From Planctomycetota bacterium (GTDB lineage: Bacteria > Planctomycetota > UBA11346), in NCBI GenBank assembly GCA_038231435.1, contig JBBRLJ010000013.1, positions 53,480 through 117,479 of the forward strand: a stretch of 64,000 nt of DNA. Reading direction: 5' to 3'. The notes below the pieces were generated by a model that was not told where the DNA came from, did not search any database, and saw nothing but the letters and a program-made list of their open reading frames with translations. Below, in pieces: positions 1 to 10,535 of the stretch. Each line of letters begins with the position of its first letter. Positions within the stretch are counted from its first letter, which is position 1. The position numbers were made by a program, and so were the translations under genes.

Positions 1-178
1 CGTTATCGGCGGCCGGCATCGCAGCGGCCGAGTACAGCAACGCCATGAGGCAGTGCGCGAGCCATTGTCCTTGAGGTCCTTGAGGTCCTTGAGGTCCACG
101 AGAGCCGCGCTGGCCTTGCCGCGCGGGCCGCGTCGGGTTCGCGATGGTGGGCGTGCGCCGCGCAGCGGGATCACCCAT
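1..178 (-). CDS. 5' part of a hypothetical exported/membrane protein downstream of DUF58; runs off the window
   Basis: ATG at 178 overlaps the DUF58 3' end. The open frame reads MGDPAARRT...GPQGPQGPQGQWLAHCLMALLYSAAAMPAADN to the window edge and ends in a signal-like hydrophobic stretch. Confidence 0.55.
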   Translation of the reverse strand, partial: MGDPAARRTPTIANPTRPARQGQRGSRGPQGPQGPQGQWLAHCLMALLYSAAAMPAADN

Positions 179-1129
179 GGATCCGCCTGCGGCGTTCCTT
201 GAAGAAACGCGTGAGCGCCGACAGCGCGCTGCGGTCGGTGCGCAGATCGACGAGATCGCAACCCGCGCCCTGGAAGGCCTCCTGGGTGCGGCCGCGCGCC
301 GCCCGCCAGGCATCCGCGTAGCGGGCGCGGGACCTGGAGCCCCCGCGCAACGCCAGCACCTGCGAGCCCTCGGGATCCTGGATCAGCAGCGGCGCCGATC
401 CCGTGGGCAGCGCCTCTTCGCCCGGATCGGTGACGCGCAGGCCGACGACGTCGTGCCGACGCGCGGCGCGCGCGAGCGAACCGGCGAAACGCTGCACGCT
501 GCCGTCGACCGGGAACAGGAAATCAGAGATCACGAAGCATACCGCGCGACGCTTGGCGACCCTGCCGAGCTCGTCGAGGGCCTCGGGCAGCCCGGTCGCC
601 AGCGAGGTCCCGAGCAGGCGCGGCGCGGCGAGCACCTCGCGCACCAGGCGCATCGCGTGGCCGCGGCCCTTGCGCGCCGGCAGGTGCAGCTCGGTGCGGT
701 CGCTGAAGAGCACCAGGCCGATGCGGTCGTGGTTACGCAATGCGGTGACGCCGACCACCGCCGCGGCTTCGGCGGCGAGCGCGATCTTCGCGCGCGGCGA
801 GATGCCGGGGATCGCGCCGAAGCGCATCGACGCGCTGACATCCACCAGCAGCATGGTGGTGAGCTCGCGCTCCTCGCGGTACACCTTCACGTACGGCCGG
901 CCGGCGCGCGCGGTGACATTCCAATCGATGGTGCGGATGTCGTCGCCGGGCGTGTACTCGCGCACCTCGTCGAATTCCATGCCCTGGCCGCGGAATGCCG
1001 ACCTGTAGCGCCCCGCGGCGAGCGACGACACCATGCGATTGGTGCGCAGCTCGATGCGTTTCACCTGGCGCAGGATGTCCTTCAGATCCGTTGCGGCTTG
1101 GGTGTTGGATTGCTGTCGCGCTGGCAGGC

Positions 1130-1133
<4 letters not shown>
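171..1133 (-). CDS. DUF58 domain protein (VWA-like MoxR partner)
   Basis: Motifs GRYRSAFRGQGMEFDEVREYTPGDDIRTIDWNVTAR, VKVYREERE, LLVDVSASM, VISDF. 4-bp overlap with MoxR. Confidence 0.93.
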
Positions 1134-2170
<1,037 letters not shown>

Positions 2171-2456
2171 GACGGCTCCAGGCGGGGGACCACGGACGGT
2201 CCGAGAACGGGCACACAGGTGACGTGCGCGTCATAGCGGTCTTTCTGCCTTCCGGAACCGGCCACGTCGCGCCAGGCCCTGGTCCGGGGACAACCTGGGT
2301 GACGGGCCAGCGGCACGCGGCGGTGGCCGGGGGCCGAGGCCGCCGCGGTGGATGACCGCGTCATGGACATTCGTCGCCACCGCGGGGCCGCACCACCGGC
2401 TCGTCCCATGGCCGGTCGGTCACGGTATCGTCGATGTCGGGGCTCGGCCGGCTCGC

Positions 2457-5400
2457 TCAGGGATACGGGCTGTCGGCCGCGTAGCTCAGGCCCTGCGGCA
2501 CGCCGCCCTGGTCGTCGCGGATGCGCATCACGAAGCCCCAGCCGCCGCCGCCTTGGGTGATCAGCAGCAGCACGTCGTTCCAGCCCGCATGCAGCTTGAC
2601 GCCTGGCACCTTGTCCTGATCCGCGGTGATGCCGCGCGCGCCGGCGAACGTGTGCACGCAGACGCCGTTGACGCTGACGCGCACACCGTCATCGCTGCCG
2701 AGCCACAGCTGCACCACGCGATCGGCGTCGGCGTGCACGTAGACGTGGGCGTGGGCGCCGACGTTGCTGCCGCCGATCAGGCTGCCGAGGTCGACGGGGC
2801 CGTCGGCGGACACGTACTGCCAGTCGCCGCCGCGCGCGGGATGCACGTTCTCATCGATGAGCGGCTTGTCGACCTTCATCGGATCGATGCCCTGCTTCAC
2901 CGCGCCGACCAGGTATTCGCGGATGTAGCCGTCGCCCACCGGCAGGCCGGGCTGGGGCGTGAAGGCGAACACGCCGGCCGCCGCCGCGCCATCGCTGGCG
3001 CGCACGCCGCTGAAGGTCATGTGCTGTTCGGCGCCGAGCGGCCAGGCACGGTCGGCGGTCAGGCGCAGCAGGCGGCCGTCGGCTGCGAGCGCGACCGCGG
3101 TGATCGCGAGCCCGTCGACATGGAAAGAGGCGGCATTCTTGGCCGAGGTGGGATCGATGGGCTTGCTCGACTGCAACGTCAGCACGGTGCCGACCGCGGA
3201 TACGCAGCGCCAGTGCGGCGGGCCGACGGTATCGGTATAGACCACCTCGCCGAATCCCTCGGGATCCATGACGGGCAGGCTGGCCGCTCCGCCAGCGGAG
3301 GCCCAGGCGACCTCGCCGCCGGCCGCGCCGCGCAGCACCAGCTGCAGGCGCGACACCGCGCCGAGCGCGGGATCCCCGCCTACCAGGCTCGCCGGCAGCT
3401 CGGCTTCGATGCGCCAGCCGCGCTGGGTCCGCGCGCCGAAGCAGGGCAGGATCTGCGCGCCGATGGCGGCATGCGCGCCGCCATCGGCGCCGCCATCGGT
3501 GAGGGTGAATTCGACGCGTTGCACCGGCTTGACCGGTTCATCGGCCGCGCGCGGCCTGGGCTCGGCGGCGGCGCCGACGATCATGATGATCGCGGCGGAA
3601 GAGGTCGGCGCGGCACCCACCTTGCCAACATGGTCCCAGGCGGCGCGACCGCCGAAGAGCGAGAAGGCGACGCCGGTGAGGGTCTTGCCCTCGAGGCCGA
3701 GACTGCTCGCCGGCACCTCGAGCCGCGCCCAGACTCCTGCCTTTGGCAATTCGCCAGCGTGGAAGCGGCTCGGCCCGGCCGCGCCCCAAGCCAGCTGATC
3801 CGCACCCCAGTACGCGCGATGCTCCCACGAGCCGTCGTTGAACTGCATCATCACCTCGGTGGGTGGATTCGCGGGATCGAGCCACACGTACGCGAGCAGG
3901 CGTTCGCCCGCGGCGATGGGCAGGCCGGGATTGGCGTTGGCGAAGTAATGTTGGTGCGGTCCGCCGGCGGCGTTCGAAACGCTCGCGGCAGCGCCGCTGA
4001 ATGGCTTGGGATCGGCCGCCCAGGTCCAGGCGTCGCCGCCATCGGCGGTGGGCGCGGCTCCCGGCGGCAGCGCGTCCTCCACCCACACGGTCTCAGCCGG
4101 CTTGGCCGCCGTGGCGTCTTTGGCATCTTTGGCACTGCCGTCCGCGAAGGTCGGATCCACCGCCTCGAAGCCGACGTAGAGCTTGTGCTCCCCGTGCAGC
4201 AGGCGCGCTTCCAGCGACAGTCCCTGCGCCGAGACGGCGGTGGCGAGCGGCGTGGCGCCGGCGAATTCCTTGAAGTCGCCGTCGGCGGAGAAGCCTCCGT
4301 CGATGCGCGGTACGCTCGCGCTGCGCGCGGGGATGAAGGCGCTGACCTTGACCACCGCCTCGCCGTCGTCGTCGCGCGCGGTGAAGATAATGTCGCGGGT
4401 GCCGCGGCCGATGTGCTCGACTGGCAGGGTGGCGGCAAAGGAGCCGTCGCCGCTCGCGCCATCGCCGTGGCGGCCGTCGTCGAACAGCGGCACGTCCTCG
4501 GAGCCGTCGCCGCGCGGGATGCGCGCGACCACGCTCTTCAGCGGTGCCGCGTCTCCACCGCCAGACACCGACAACACCACGTCCTTGCCGTCGGGGCCCA
4601 GGCGCACCGCGGCGCCGGCGAGATGCGGCACTGGACGCGCGATCAGGGTGAGGTCGTCGAAGTCGTAGGTGCGCGGAGCGCCGTCCTCGACGGTGAGCTG
4701 CATCTGGCGCAGGCCGAAGGGCGAGGCCTTCGAGCCGAAGGTCAGGTCGGCGAGCGGGATCGAGACGAAGCGCCAGGCCGGCCCTACGTCGGGCGCGTAG
4801 CGAGCCAGGTCCACCAGGTGCGACTTCTGACCGTTCTGGATCCCGGATCCCGAGCCGTCGTCATCGAGTTCGATCTTCAGCCGCGGCGGCCCCGGCTGAT
4901 CGGAGCGGATGTAGAAGCCGATCATCTTGTGGCGCGAGGTGTCGGTGCCGCCACCCCAGCCGTTCCAGCCCCAGCCGGCGCAGCCCGGCCCGGTGACGGT
5001 CAGGCGCAAGTGGGTCTTGCCGCTCAGCGGATGCTCGGACGAGCGGGCGATCGAGACGCCGCCGCCTCCACCATTCCACAGCGCGTCGTTGCCGGCGTTC
5101 TCGCCGTTCCACAGCACCGCGTCCACGGTGTTCGGCATCACCGTGAGCAGTGCCAAGCCGTGGGCGGACTCGCCGCCCTTGACGACGTTCACCGGCAGGG
5201 CGAACTGACCGGAACGCGGCGGTGCGACCTTCGCTACGCGCGCCGAGTACACGCCATCGCCGGCGGCTAGGTCTCCATCCTTGCCGTCGTCGTGCATTGG
5301 AACCGGTGGGACGACGGTGGGGGCGGGATTGGCGAGCGGCGAGAGATCGATCGAAACCTCGGCCCCGGCCGGAGCGCGACAGGTGAAGAGCACCGCGTCG

Positions 5401-6461
5401 ACGCCGGCGACGGCGGCGGCGGGGCTCGCGCGCAAGGCGGTGGGCATCGGGCCGCGGCGCGCGGGCGCGCCGCGGTAGAGGTCGCCGTTGCGGCAGGCGT
5501 AGAGCATCGAGCCGCCGGCGTTCGCGGCGATGGATGAGCCCTCGCGCGCCCACGCGGTGGCGGCGAAGCCGTCGTCGAGCTTCTCCCAGGTGGCGAAGCC
5601 GTCGCGCGAGCGCATCACGCCCTGGCCGGCGGGATCGTACGCGTAGACCACCTCGTCCTTCGCCGAGCTCCAGCCGACCGCGACCGACACCGCGTCGGCC
5701 TCGGGCGGGCCCGGGTCGGGCTTGCGCATGGTGATGCCGAAATCGTCGCTCACGCTCAGGCCGGCGCCCTCGGTGCCGAACCACACGCGCTGCGGATCGA
5801 GCGGGCTCGCCACCAGCGCGCGCGGTGGCTCGGTGAGCACGCACAGCCAACCGCGGCTGGCATCATAGCGGAAGAAGCCATCGCCCTGCGCGGCGTTGCG
5901 TCCGGCGAAGAATACGGCGTTGGCCAGCACGATGCAGTCGTCGGCGCCGTAGTCCTCGGCGAACACCCGCCAGGTGCGTCCGCCATCGATGGTCATCGAG
6001 ATGCCACGCTCGGCGAGCGAGTGGGTGGCGTAGATGGTGGTGAAGCTGGAGTCGCCGGCCGCGAACGCCAAGCAGCGGATGCGCGCGTGGGCCAGGCCGT
6101 GATCGGCGCCGCCGAGCGCGTTCCAGCCCGCACCGCCGTCGTCGCTGCGGAAGACGCCTGTGGCGGCAGTGCCGGCGTAGAGCGTCGCCGGACGGTTCGG
6201 AACCACCAGCAGGGCGGTGATCTCGCCGAGCTGGGGCGCGGCGGGGAGCGCCGTGAAGGTGTCGCCGCCGTCGCGGGTCGCGACCAGGCCGGACGCGGTC
6301 CACACGTAGGCGGTCTCCGGATCGATGGACGACGGGAAGACGCGCGTGGCCCCGGAAACACCATCGACGACGTGCCAGGCGAAGCCGTCATCGACGGCGG
6401 CAGCCTGGCCCGCGCAGACGAGCACCGCCGCCAGCGTGGTCGCGAGCCGGACGCCGATCAT
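2457..6461 (-). CDS. Large secreted multidomain protein (Asp-box beta-propeller, two choice-of-anchor-X-like motifs, CBM-like and Ig-like modules)
   Basis: Signal peptide. Asp-box repeats (TRDGGDTF, RSDDGGAGW, TIDGGRTW, SDDFGITM, SRDGFATW). Motifs MHDDGKDGDLAAGDGVYS and LFDDGRHGDGASGDGSFA. C-terminal LGSDDGVRVSVNG...LHAGWNDVLL beta-sandwich. Confidence 0.8.
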   Translation of the reverse strand: MIGVRLATTLAAVLVCAGQAAAVDDGFAWHVVDGVSGATRVFPSSIDPETAYVWTASGLVATRDGGDTFTALPAAPQLGEITALLVVPNRPATLYAGTAATGVFRSDDGGAGWNALGGADHGLAHARIRCLAFAAGDSSFTTIYATHSLAERGISMTIDGGRTWRVFAEDYGADDCIVLANAVFFAGRNAAQGDGFFRYDASRGWLCVLTEPPRALVASPLDPQRVWFGTEGAGLSVSDDFGITMRKPDPGPPEADAVSVAVGWSSAKDEVVYAYDPAGQGVMRSRDGFATWEKLDDGFAATAWAREGSSIAANAGGSMLYACRNGDLYRGAPARRGPMPTALRASPAAAVAGVDAVLFTCRAPAGAEVSIDLSPLANPAPTVVPPVPMHDDGKDGDLAAGDGVYSARVAKVAPPRSGQFALPVNVVKGGESAHGLALLTVMPNTVDAVLWNGENAGNDALWNGGGGGVSIARSSEHPLSGKTHLRLTVTGPGCAGWGWNGWGGGTDTSRHKMIGFYIRSDQPGPPRLKIELDDDGSGSGIQNGQKSHLVDLARYAPDVGPAWRFVSIPLADLTFGSKASPFGLRQMQLTVEDGAPRTYDFDDLTLIARPVPHLAGAAVRLGPDGKDVVLSVSGGGDAAPLKSVVARIPRGDGSEDVPLFDDGRHGDGASGDGSFAATLPVEHIGRGTRDIIFTARDDDGEAVVKVSAFIPARSASVPRIDGGFSADGDFKEFAGATPLATAVSAQGLSLEARLLHGEHKLYVGFEAVDPTFADGSAKDAKDATAAKPAETVWVEDALPPGAAPTADGGDAWTWAADPKPFSGAAASVSNAAGGPHQHYFANANPGLPIAAGERLLAYVWLDPANPPTEVMMQFNDGSWEHRAYWGADQLAWGAAGPSRFHAGELPKAGVWARLEVPASSLGLEGKTLTGVAFSLFGGRAAWDHVGKVGAAPTSSAAIIMIVGAAAEPRPRAADEPVKPVQRVEFTLTDGGADGGAHAAIGAQILPCFGARTQRGWRIEAELPASLVGGDPALGAVSRLQLVLRGAAGGEVAWASAGGAASLPVMDPEGFGEVVYTDTVGPPHWRCVSAVGTVLTLQSSKPIDPTSAKNAASFHVDGLAITAVALAADGRLLRLTADRAWPLGAEQHMTFSGVRASDGAAAAGVFAFTPQPGLPVGDGYIREYLVGAVKQGIDPMKVDKPLIDENVHPARGGDWQYVSADGPVDLGSLIGGSNVGAHAHVYVHADADRVVQLWLGSDDGVRVSVNGVCVHTFAGARGITADQDKVPGVKLHAGWNDVLLLITQGGGGWGFVMRIRDDQGGVPQGLSYAADSPYP

Positions 6462-7486
6462 GGTCGCCCCAGCACCAGGGTGCGTGCGAGCGCGCCGTCG
6501 TTACCGGAGCCAGCTGGGTCGCCGGAGCCGCCGGAACCGACCGCCTTGGTCGCGCCCTTGCCCGCATCGAAGATCGTCGCCGGGACGCCGTCGCCATCGT
6601 CCTCGAGCCCGGCCACCTCGGCGAGCACGCGGCGACCGGTGAAACCCTTGTGGTCGTTGAGGTCGTTGATCGCGGCGCGCGGCTCGGCCTCGCCCTCGGC
6701 GAACGGCGCTCCGGCGTAGACCAGGCGGTAGATCTCCTGGTTCTCGCGCCCATGCACGATGGTGCCGCGGTCCTTGTCGGTGTTGGGATCCTTCTCCTCG
6801 CCATTGAGGAACTGGTTCTGGTACCAGGCCACGGTGGCGAACGCCGCGCCGTTGAAGGCGTCCAGGAGTGGCGTCTCCGGCTTCAATGCGCGCAGCAGGA
6901 ACTCGCAGAAGTAGGGGGCGCTCTGCTTGACGTTCGCGCACAGGACCACCCGTCCGGGTTTGGCGAGCGCCTTCGCCCAGGCCGCTCCCTCGGGAGCCAT
7001 GACCAGCACCGCTGCGTGCTTCGCACGCAGCGGCAGCAGCGCTTTCGCGACCTCGGCGTCGGCGAGATCGGGCCCCACCAGGCACAGCTTGCCGACGCCC
7101 TCCGATTGGTAGCCGTGGCCGATCAGCACCACCACCGCCTGATCGTCGGGCGCGCAGGCCTTGGCCAGGTCCTCGAGCGCGTGCACCACCTGTTCTCGTG
7201 AGGCCGATCCGTTGTCATGGGAGTTTGTGGCTCCGGTGGATGACGCCGCGCCGGCGAGCACGCGCACGTTCGCCGCCGGGACCTTCTCCTGCTCGAGCAC
7301 GTGTTGCCAGCCGGCGGTCCAGCGGCTGAAGTTTCCCGCCCAGGCGGCGCCCTCGCCCGGGTCGCCGGCGATGATCACCGCGCGGCACTCGGCGGCGGTG
7401 GCCGAGCCGAGGCAGAGAGCGAGCACGCAGCATCGCATCCAGCAGCGCATCCTGCATCGCATCCAAAATGTCTTCATGGGCTCCAT
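6458..7486 (-). CDS. Secreted caspase/peptidase C13-like fold protein
   Basis: Signal peptide. AVIIAGDPG, ASREQV..AL..LA and VVVLIGHG match the caspase-hemoglobinase-fold N-half; late LEDDGDG motif. No catalytic Cys is evident. Confidence 0.6.
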   Translation of the reverse strand: MEPMKTFWMRCRMRCWMRCCVLALCLGSATAAECRAVIIAGDPGEGAAWAGNFSRWTAGWQHVLEQEKVPAANVRVLAGAASSTGATNSHDNGSASREQVVHALEDLAKACAPDDQAVVVLIGHGYQSEGVGKLCLVGPDLADAEVAKALLPLRAKHAAVLVMAPEGAAWAKALAKPGRVVLCANVKQSAPYFCEFLLRALKPETPLLDAFNGAAFATVAWYQNQFLNGEEKDPNTDKDRGTIVHGRENQEIYRLVYAGAPFAEGEAEPRAAINDLNDHKGFTGRRVLAEVAGLEDDGDGVPATIFDAGKGATKAVGSGGSGDPAGSGNDGALARTLVLGRP

Positions 7487-7496
7487 CCTCGAAGGC

Positions 7497-8234
7497 CTAG
7501 TGCGTCAGGCAGTAGACGACGGTGTTGACGCCCATCTTGATGGAATCCTTGCAGTACTCCTGGTTCAGGTTCTGGAACCCGACCCAGCCGCAGTGGATAT
7601 CGCCCGAGGTGCACAATGCCATCAGGCGGCCGGTCTCGTGGTCGAACACGCCCATCGCCGGGTGCACCTCGCCCTGCACCCACGGCACGTGCTCGAGTTT
7701 GTAGAAGCAGGTGTAGATCTCGTGATCATCCGGAACCTCGCGCACCACCTGGTCGGGGAACAGGCGCTTCATCTCGCTGCAGAACGAGGCGTAGAACAGG
7801 CTCTCGTTGGTCTGGTTCCACACGCAGTCGTCGGCGAGCAGGAAGCCGCCGCGCAGCAGGTACTCGCGCAGATTCTTGCCGTCGACCTCGGAGAGCTTGA
7901 AGTGCGCCTCGGAGGTCATGAACACGAACGGATACTGCATCAGCTGATCGGGATGGGCGAGGTTCACCACGACCGGATCGACCAGCACGTTGATGTTGGT
8001 CATGGCCTTGAGCGAGTCGCGCAGCTTCTGGTCGCCGATCGGCCAGGCGTCCCACTTGTCCGGCAGGTTCTCGGTGCAGGTGAACTGCAGGCGCGGAAAG
8101 AAGAACTGACCGGTCTGTACCAGCTGCTGGGCGTTCCTCGGCGCCGGATCGGCCGCCGAGGCGTTGGCGAGGACGCAGGCGAGGAGCGCCAGCGCACGCA
8201 GGATGAGGCGTGGGTTCATGGGTGTCCCGTTCAT
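7497..8234 (-). CDS. DUF4159 domain protein
   Basis: YPFVFMT, LREYLLRGGFLLADD, FPD...VPDDHEIY, GDIHCGW, MGVN.VVY.LTH. Start at 8234 overlaps the upstream stop (ATGA). Confidence 0.88.
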   Translation of the reverse strand: MNGTPMNPRLILRALALLACVLANASAADPAPRNAQQLVQTGQFFFPRLQFTCTENLPDKWDAWPIGDQKLRDSLKAMTNINVLVDPVVVNLAHPDQLMQYPFVFMTSEAHFKLSEVDGKNLREYLLRGGFLLADDCVWNQTNESLFYASFCSEMKRLFPDQVVREVPDDHEIYTCFYKLEHVPWVQGEVHPAMGVFDHETGRLMALCTSGDIHCGWVGFQNLNQEYCKDSIKMGVNTVVYCLTH

Positions 8235-10534
8235 GCGAGGCCGGTCTTGCGTCTGACGATCCATTCGAGGAACCAGCACAGCGCGATCGCGAGCAGCAGC
8301 AGGGGGGCGTCGCGCAGCTCGCGTTCGTCGATGGCCTCGGCGGCGACCTTGCGGTTCGAGGCGTGCGCGACGATCGCCTCGATGGCCTTGTCGAGCTTGC
8401 CCTGCAGGTCGACGGTGCCCTCGCCGGCCTCGGCGATGCGCGTGAGCGCGGCGCCGTCGAGATCGGGGTGCGAGAACTCGGGCGACGAGCGCACCGCGCT
8501 GAACGCGGCGGTGCGCGGCTCGAGCACACCCGCGCCGCCGCCCGCCGCGGGCAGCTCGGCGGTGGCGGCGATCTCATAATCGCCGACGTCGTTGGGACGA
8601 TAGGTGGCGCGGTAGACGCCCTCCTCGCCGAGCACCCACGGCAGGGTCAGCTCGTCGATATGGCCGAACGGGTCCTTCACCTTCGCCGTCACCGTGGCAC
8701 TGTTGGCTGGGCGGTGGGCCCGGTCGAGCACCTGCGCGGTGATCGTCACCTGCTGGCCGACGTCGGCGACGCCGACGTCGGGCTCGACGGTCAGCAGTTC
8801 CTTCGAGCCGGCCGCCAGCCAGCGGATCATCTGCGACCAGAAGCGGCGGAAGCTGTCGTCGGCGGCTGGCTTGAGCATCTTCCAGCGCCAGCTGTTGGCC
8901 GAGGCGAACGCGGCCACGCGGCCGGCGCCGACGTCCTGCACCGCGAGCAGCACCTGCGCCGGGCTGCCGCCGCTGGCCGGACGCTGCGCGAGGACGTGCG
9001 CGCCCGGCTTTGCCGAATACAGCGGATTGAGCCCCTTGAGCAGCGGCATCACGTGCCATTGGCTGGCGTTCTCGGCCGGATCGGACGCCAGCGCGAGGAT
9101 CTCGTGCTCGGTGCCCTCCTTGGTCAGCTCGAACGGGAATTCGCCAGCATCGAAAGCTCCGGCGGATGCGCCTCCGAGGCGCACCGGCAGAAGCTCGGCC
9201 ACCGGCGTGTCCGCCCAGCCGCCGAGATTGAACGAATTGGTGCCGCCAAGCATGAGCAGGCCGCCGCCGCGCACCGAGACGAAGTCCGAGATCAGCTTCT
9301 GCTGGTCGGCCGGAAACTGCGCCGCCTCGATGTCGCTGAGGATGATCGCCTTGAAGCGGCCGAGTGCCTCGGCGGTCTTGGGGAAGCCGTTCGCGAGCGC
9401 GGTGCCCTCGTCACCGCTGGTGTACCAGCGGTCGTGACCGAGGCGCAGCAGGGTGACGACCTTGAACACCTTGTCATCGGACATGCAGCGGCGGATGAAG
9501 GCGAATTCGTGGCGCGGCGAGCCCTCGACGAACAGCACCTCGACGCGCGATTCCTGGAGATCGATGCGGAAATCGCGGCGGTTGTTGTCGAGCAGCTTCT
9601 CGCCGCCCACCGCGGGGATCTCGATGCGGTAGGTGGAGCTGGCGCCCTCGGCCGAGTTCTGGTCGCCGCCGCCGCCGGCGATGAACGACAGCGTCGCCGT
9701 CTGCGGTCCGTCGCCCTGGGGCGGCAGCTCGACGTCCTTGATGAAGGTGTCGCCGCGGAAGAGCTTCACCTCGATCGGTCCGCTGATCGCGCGCCGCGCG
9801 ACGCTGACCCCGACCTCGACCAGCGAGCCGGCCTGCGCGGCGCGCGGATGGCGCACCGCGGTGATCGCGGCGTCGGGTCCTGAGCCGACGCCGCCGAAGC
9901 CCACCGCGTGCACCGCGGTGCCGCGGCCGGCGGCGTAGCGCGCCATGGCCTCGGGATCGCCGCCGGTGGTATCCACGCCGTCGGTGAGCAGCAGCATCGC
10001 CTCGAGCGGTACGCCGCGCACCGACTGCGCGATATCCTTGATCCCGGCCGCGAGATGCGTGGCCTCGTCCCCCGCGGCGAGCGCCCCGAGCCGGGCAGCA
10101 TCCAGCGGTCGCACCGCGTTGCCGAAGGCGAACAGGCGCACCTGCCCGGCTTTGGAAAGCCGTTCGAGCGCACTGGCCGAGAGCGCGTCGCGCGCGGCGT
10201 CGAGTCGGCTGGGTCCGCCGGCGGAGAGGCCCATGCTCTTTGACGCGTCGATCGCCACCGCGATGACGCCCGAGGCGTCGTCCTTCTGGCGCAGCCGCAG
10301 CACCGGGCCGAGCACTGCCGTGATCAGCAGCGCGACGCCGATGGTGCGGAATGCGACCAGGGCGAAGCGGCGCGCGCGCGTCAGACGCGGTGCCTCGCGG
10401 CGGTACAGCCACCACATCAGCAGGGCAACGCCCGCGAGAGCGAGGACCGCGAGTTCGGGGCGCAGCGGATGCGCCAGGCCCAGCTCTCCGGCTCGGTAGT
10501 CAGCGGGCGCGTACTTGATCAGCCAATCCAGCAT
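8231..10534 (-). CDS. Membrane-anchored VWA plus glutamine-amidotransferase-like domain protein
   Basis: N-terminal TM helices, MIDAS-like DASKSM and LLTDG, VLFVEGSPRHEF, GGGLLMLGG, SWRW, FWSQMIRWL, terminal EWIVRRKTGLA. Start reassigned to MLDWLIKY. Confidence 0.85.
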   Translation of the reverse strand: MLDWLIKYAPADYRAGELGLAHPLRPELAVLALAGVALLMWWLYRREAPRLTRARRFALVAFRTIGVALLITAVLGPVLRLRQKDDASGVIAVAIDASKSMGLSAGGPSRLDAARDALSASALERLSKAGQVRLFAFGNAVRPLDAARLGALAAGDEATHLAAGIKDIAQSVRGVPLEAMLLLTDGVDTTGGDPEAMARYAAGRGTAVHAVGFGGVGSGPDAAITAVRHPRAAQAGSLVEVGVSVARRAISGPIEVKLFRGDTFIKDVELPPQGDGPQTATLSFIAGGGGDQNSAEGASSTYRIEIPAVGGEKLLDNNRRDFRIDLQESRVEVLFVEGSPRHEFAFIRRCMSDDKVFKVVTLLRLGHDRWYTSGDEGTALANGFPKTAEALGRFKAIILSDIEAAQFPADQQKLISDFVSVRGGGLLMLGGTNSFNLGGWADTPVAELLPVRLGGASAGAFDAGEFPFELTKEGTEHEILALASDPAENASQWHVMPLLKGLNPLYSAKPGAHVLAQRPASGGSPAQVLLAVQDVGAGRVAAFASANSWRWKMLKPAADDSFRRFWSQMIRWLAAGSKELLTVEPDVGVADVGQQVTITAQVLDRAHRPANSATVTAKVKDPFGHIDELTLPWVLGEEGVYRATYRPNDVGDYEIAATAELPAAGGGAGVLEPRTAAFSAVRSSPEFSHPDLDGAALTRIAEAGEGTVDLQGKLDKAIEAIVAHASNRKVAAEAIDERELRDAPLLLLAIALCWFLEWIVRRKTGLA

Positions 10535-10535
10535 G

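Noticed and set aside
69..97. Collagen-like protein (GPQ repeats)
   Set aside because: Only three repeats from a 9-bp DNA duplication, too short for a collagen domain.
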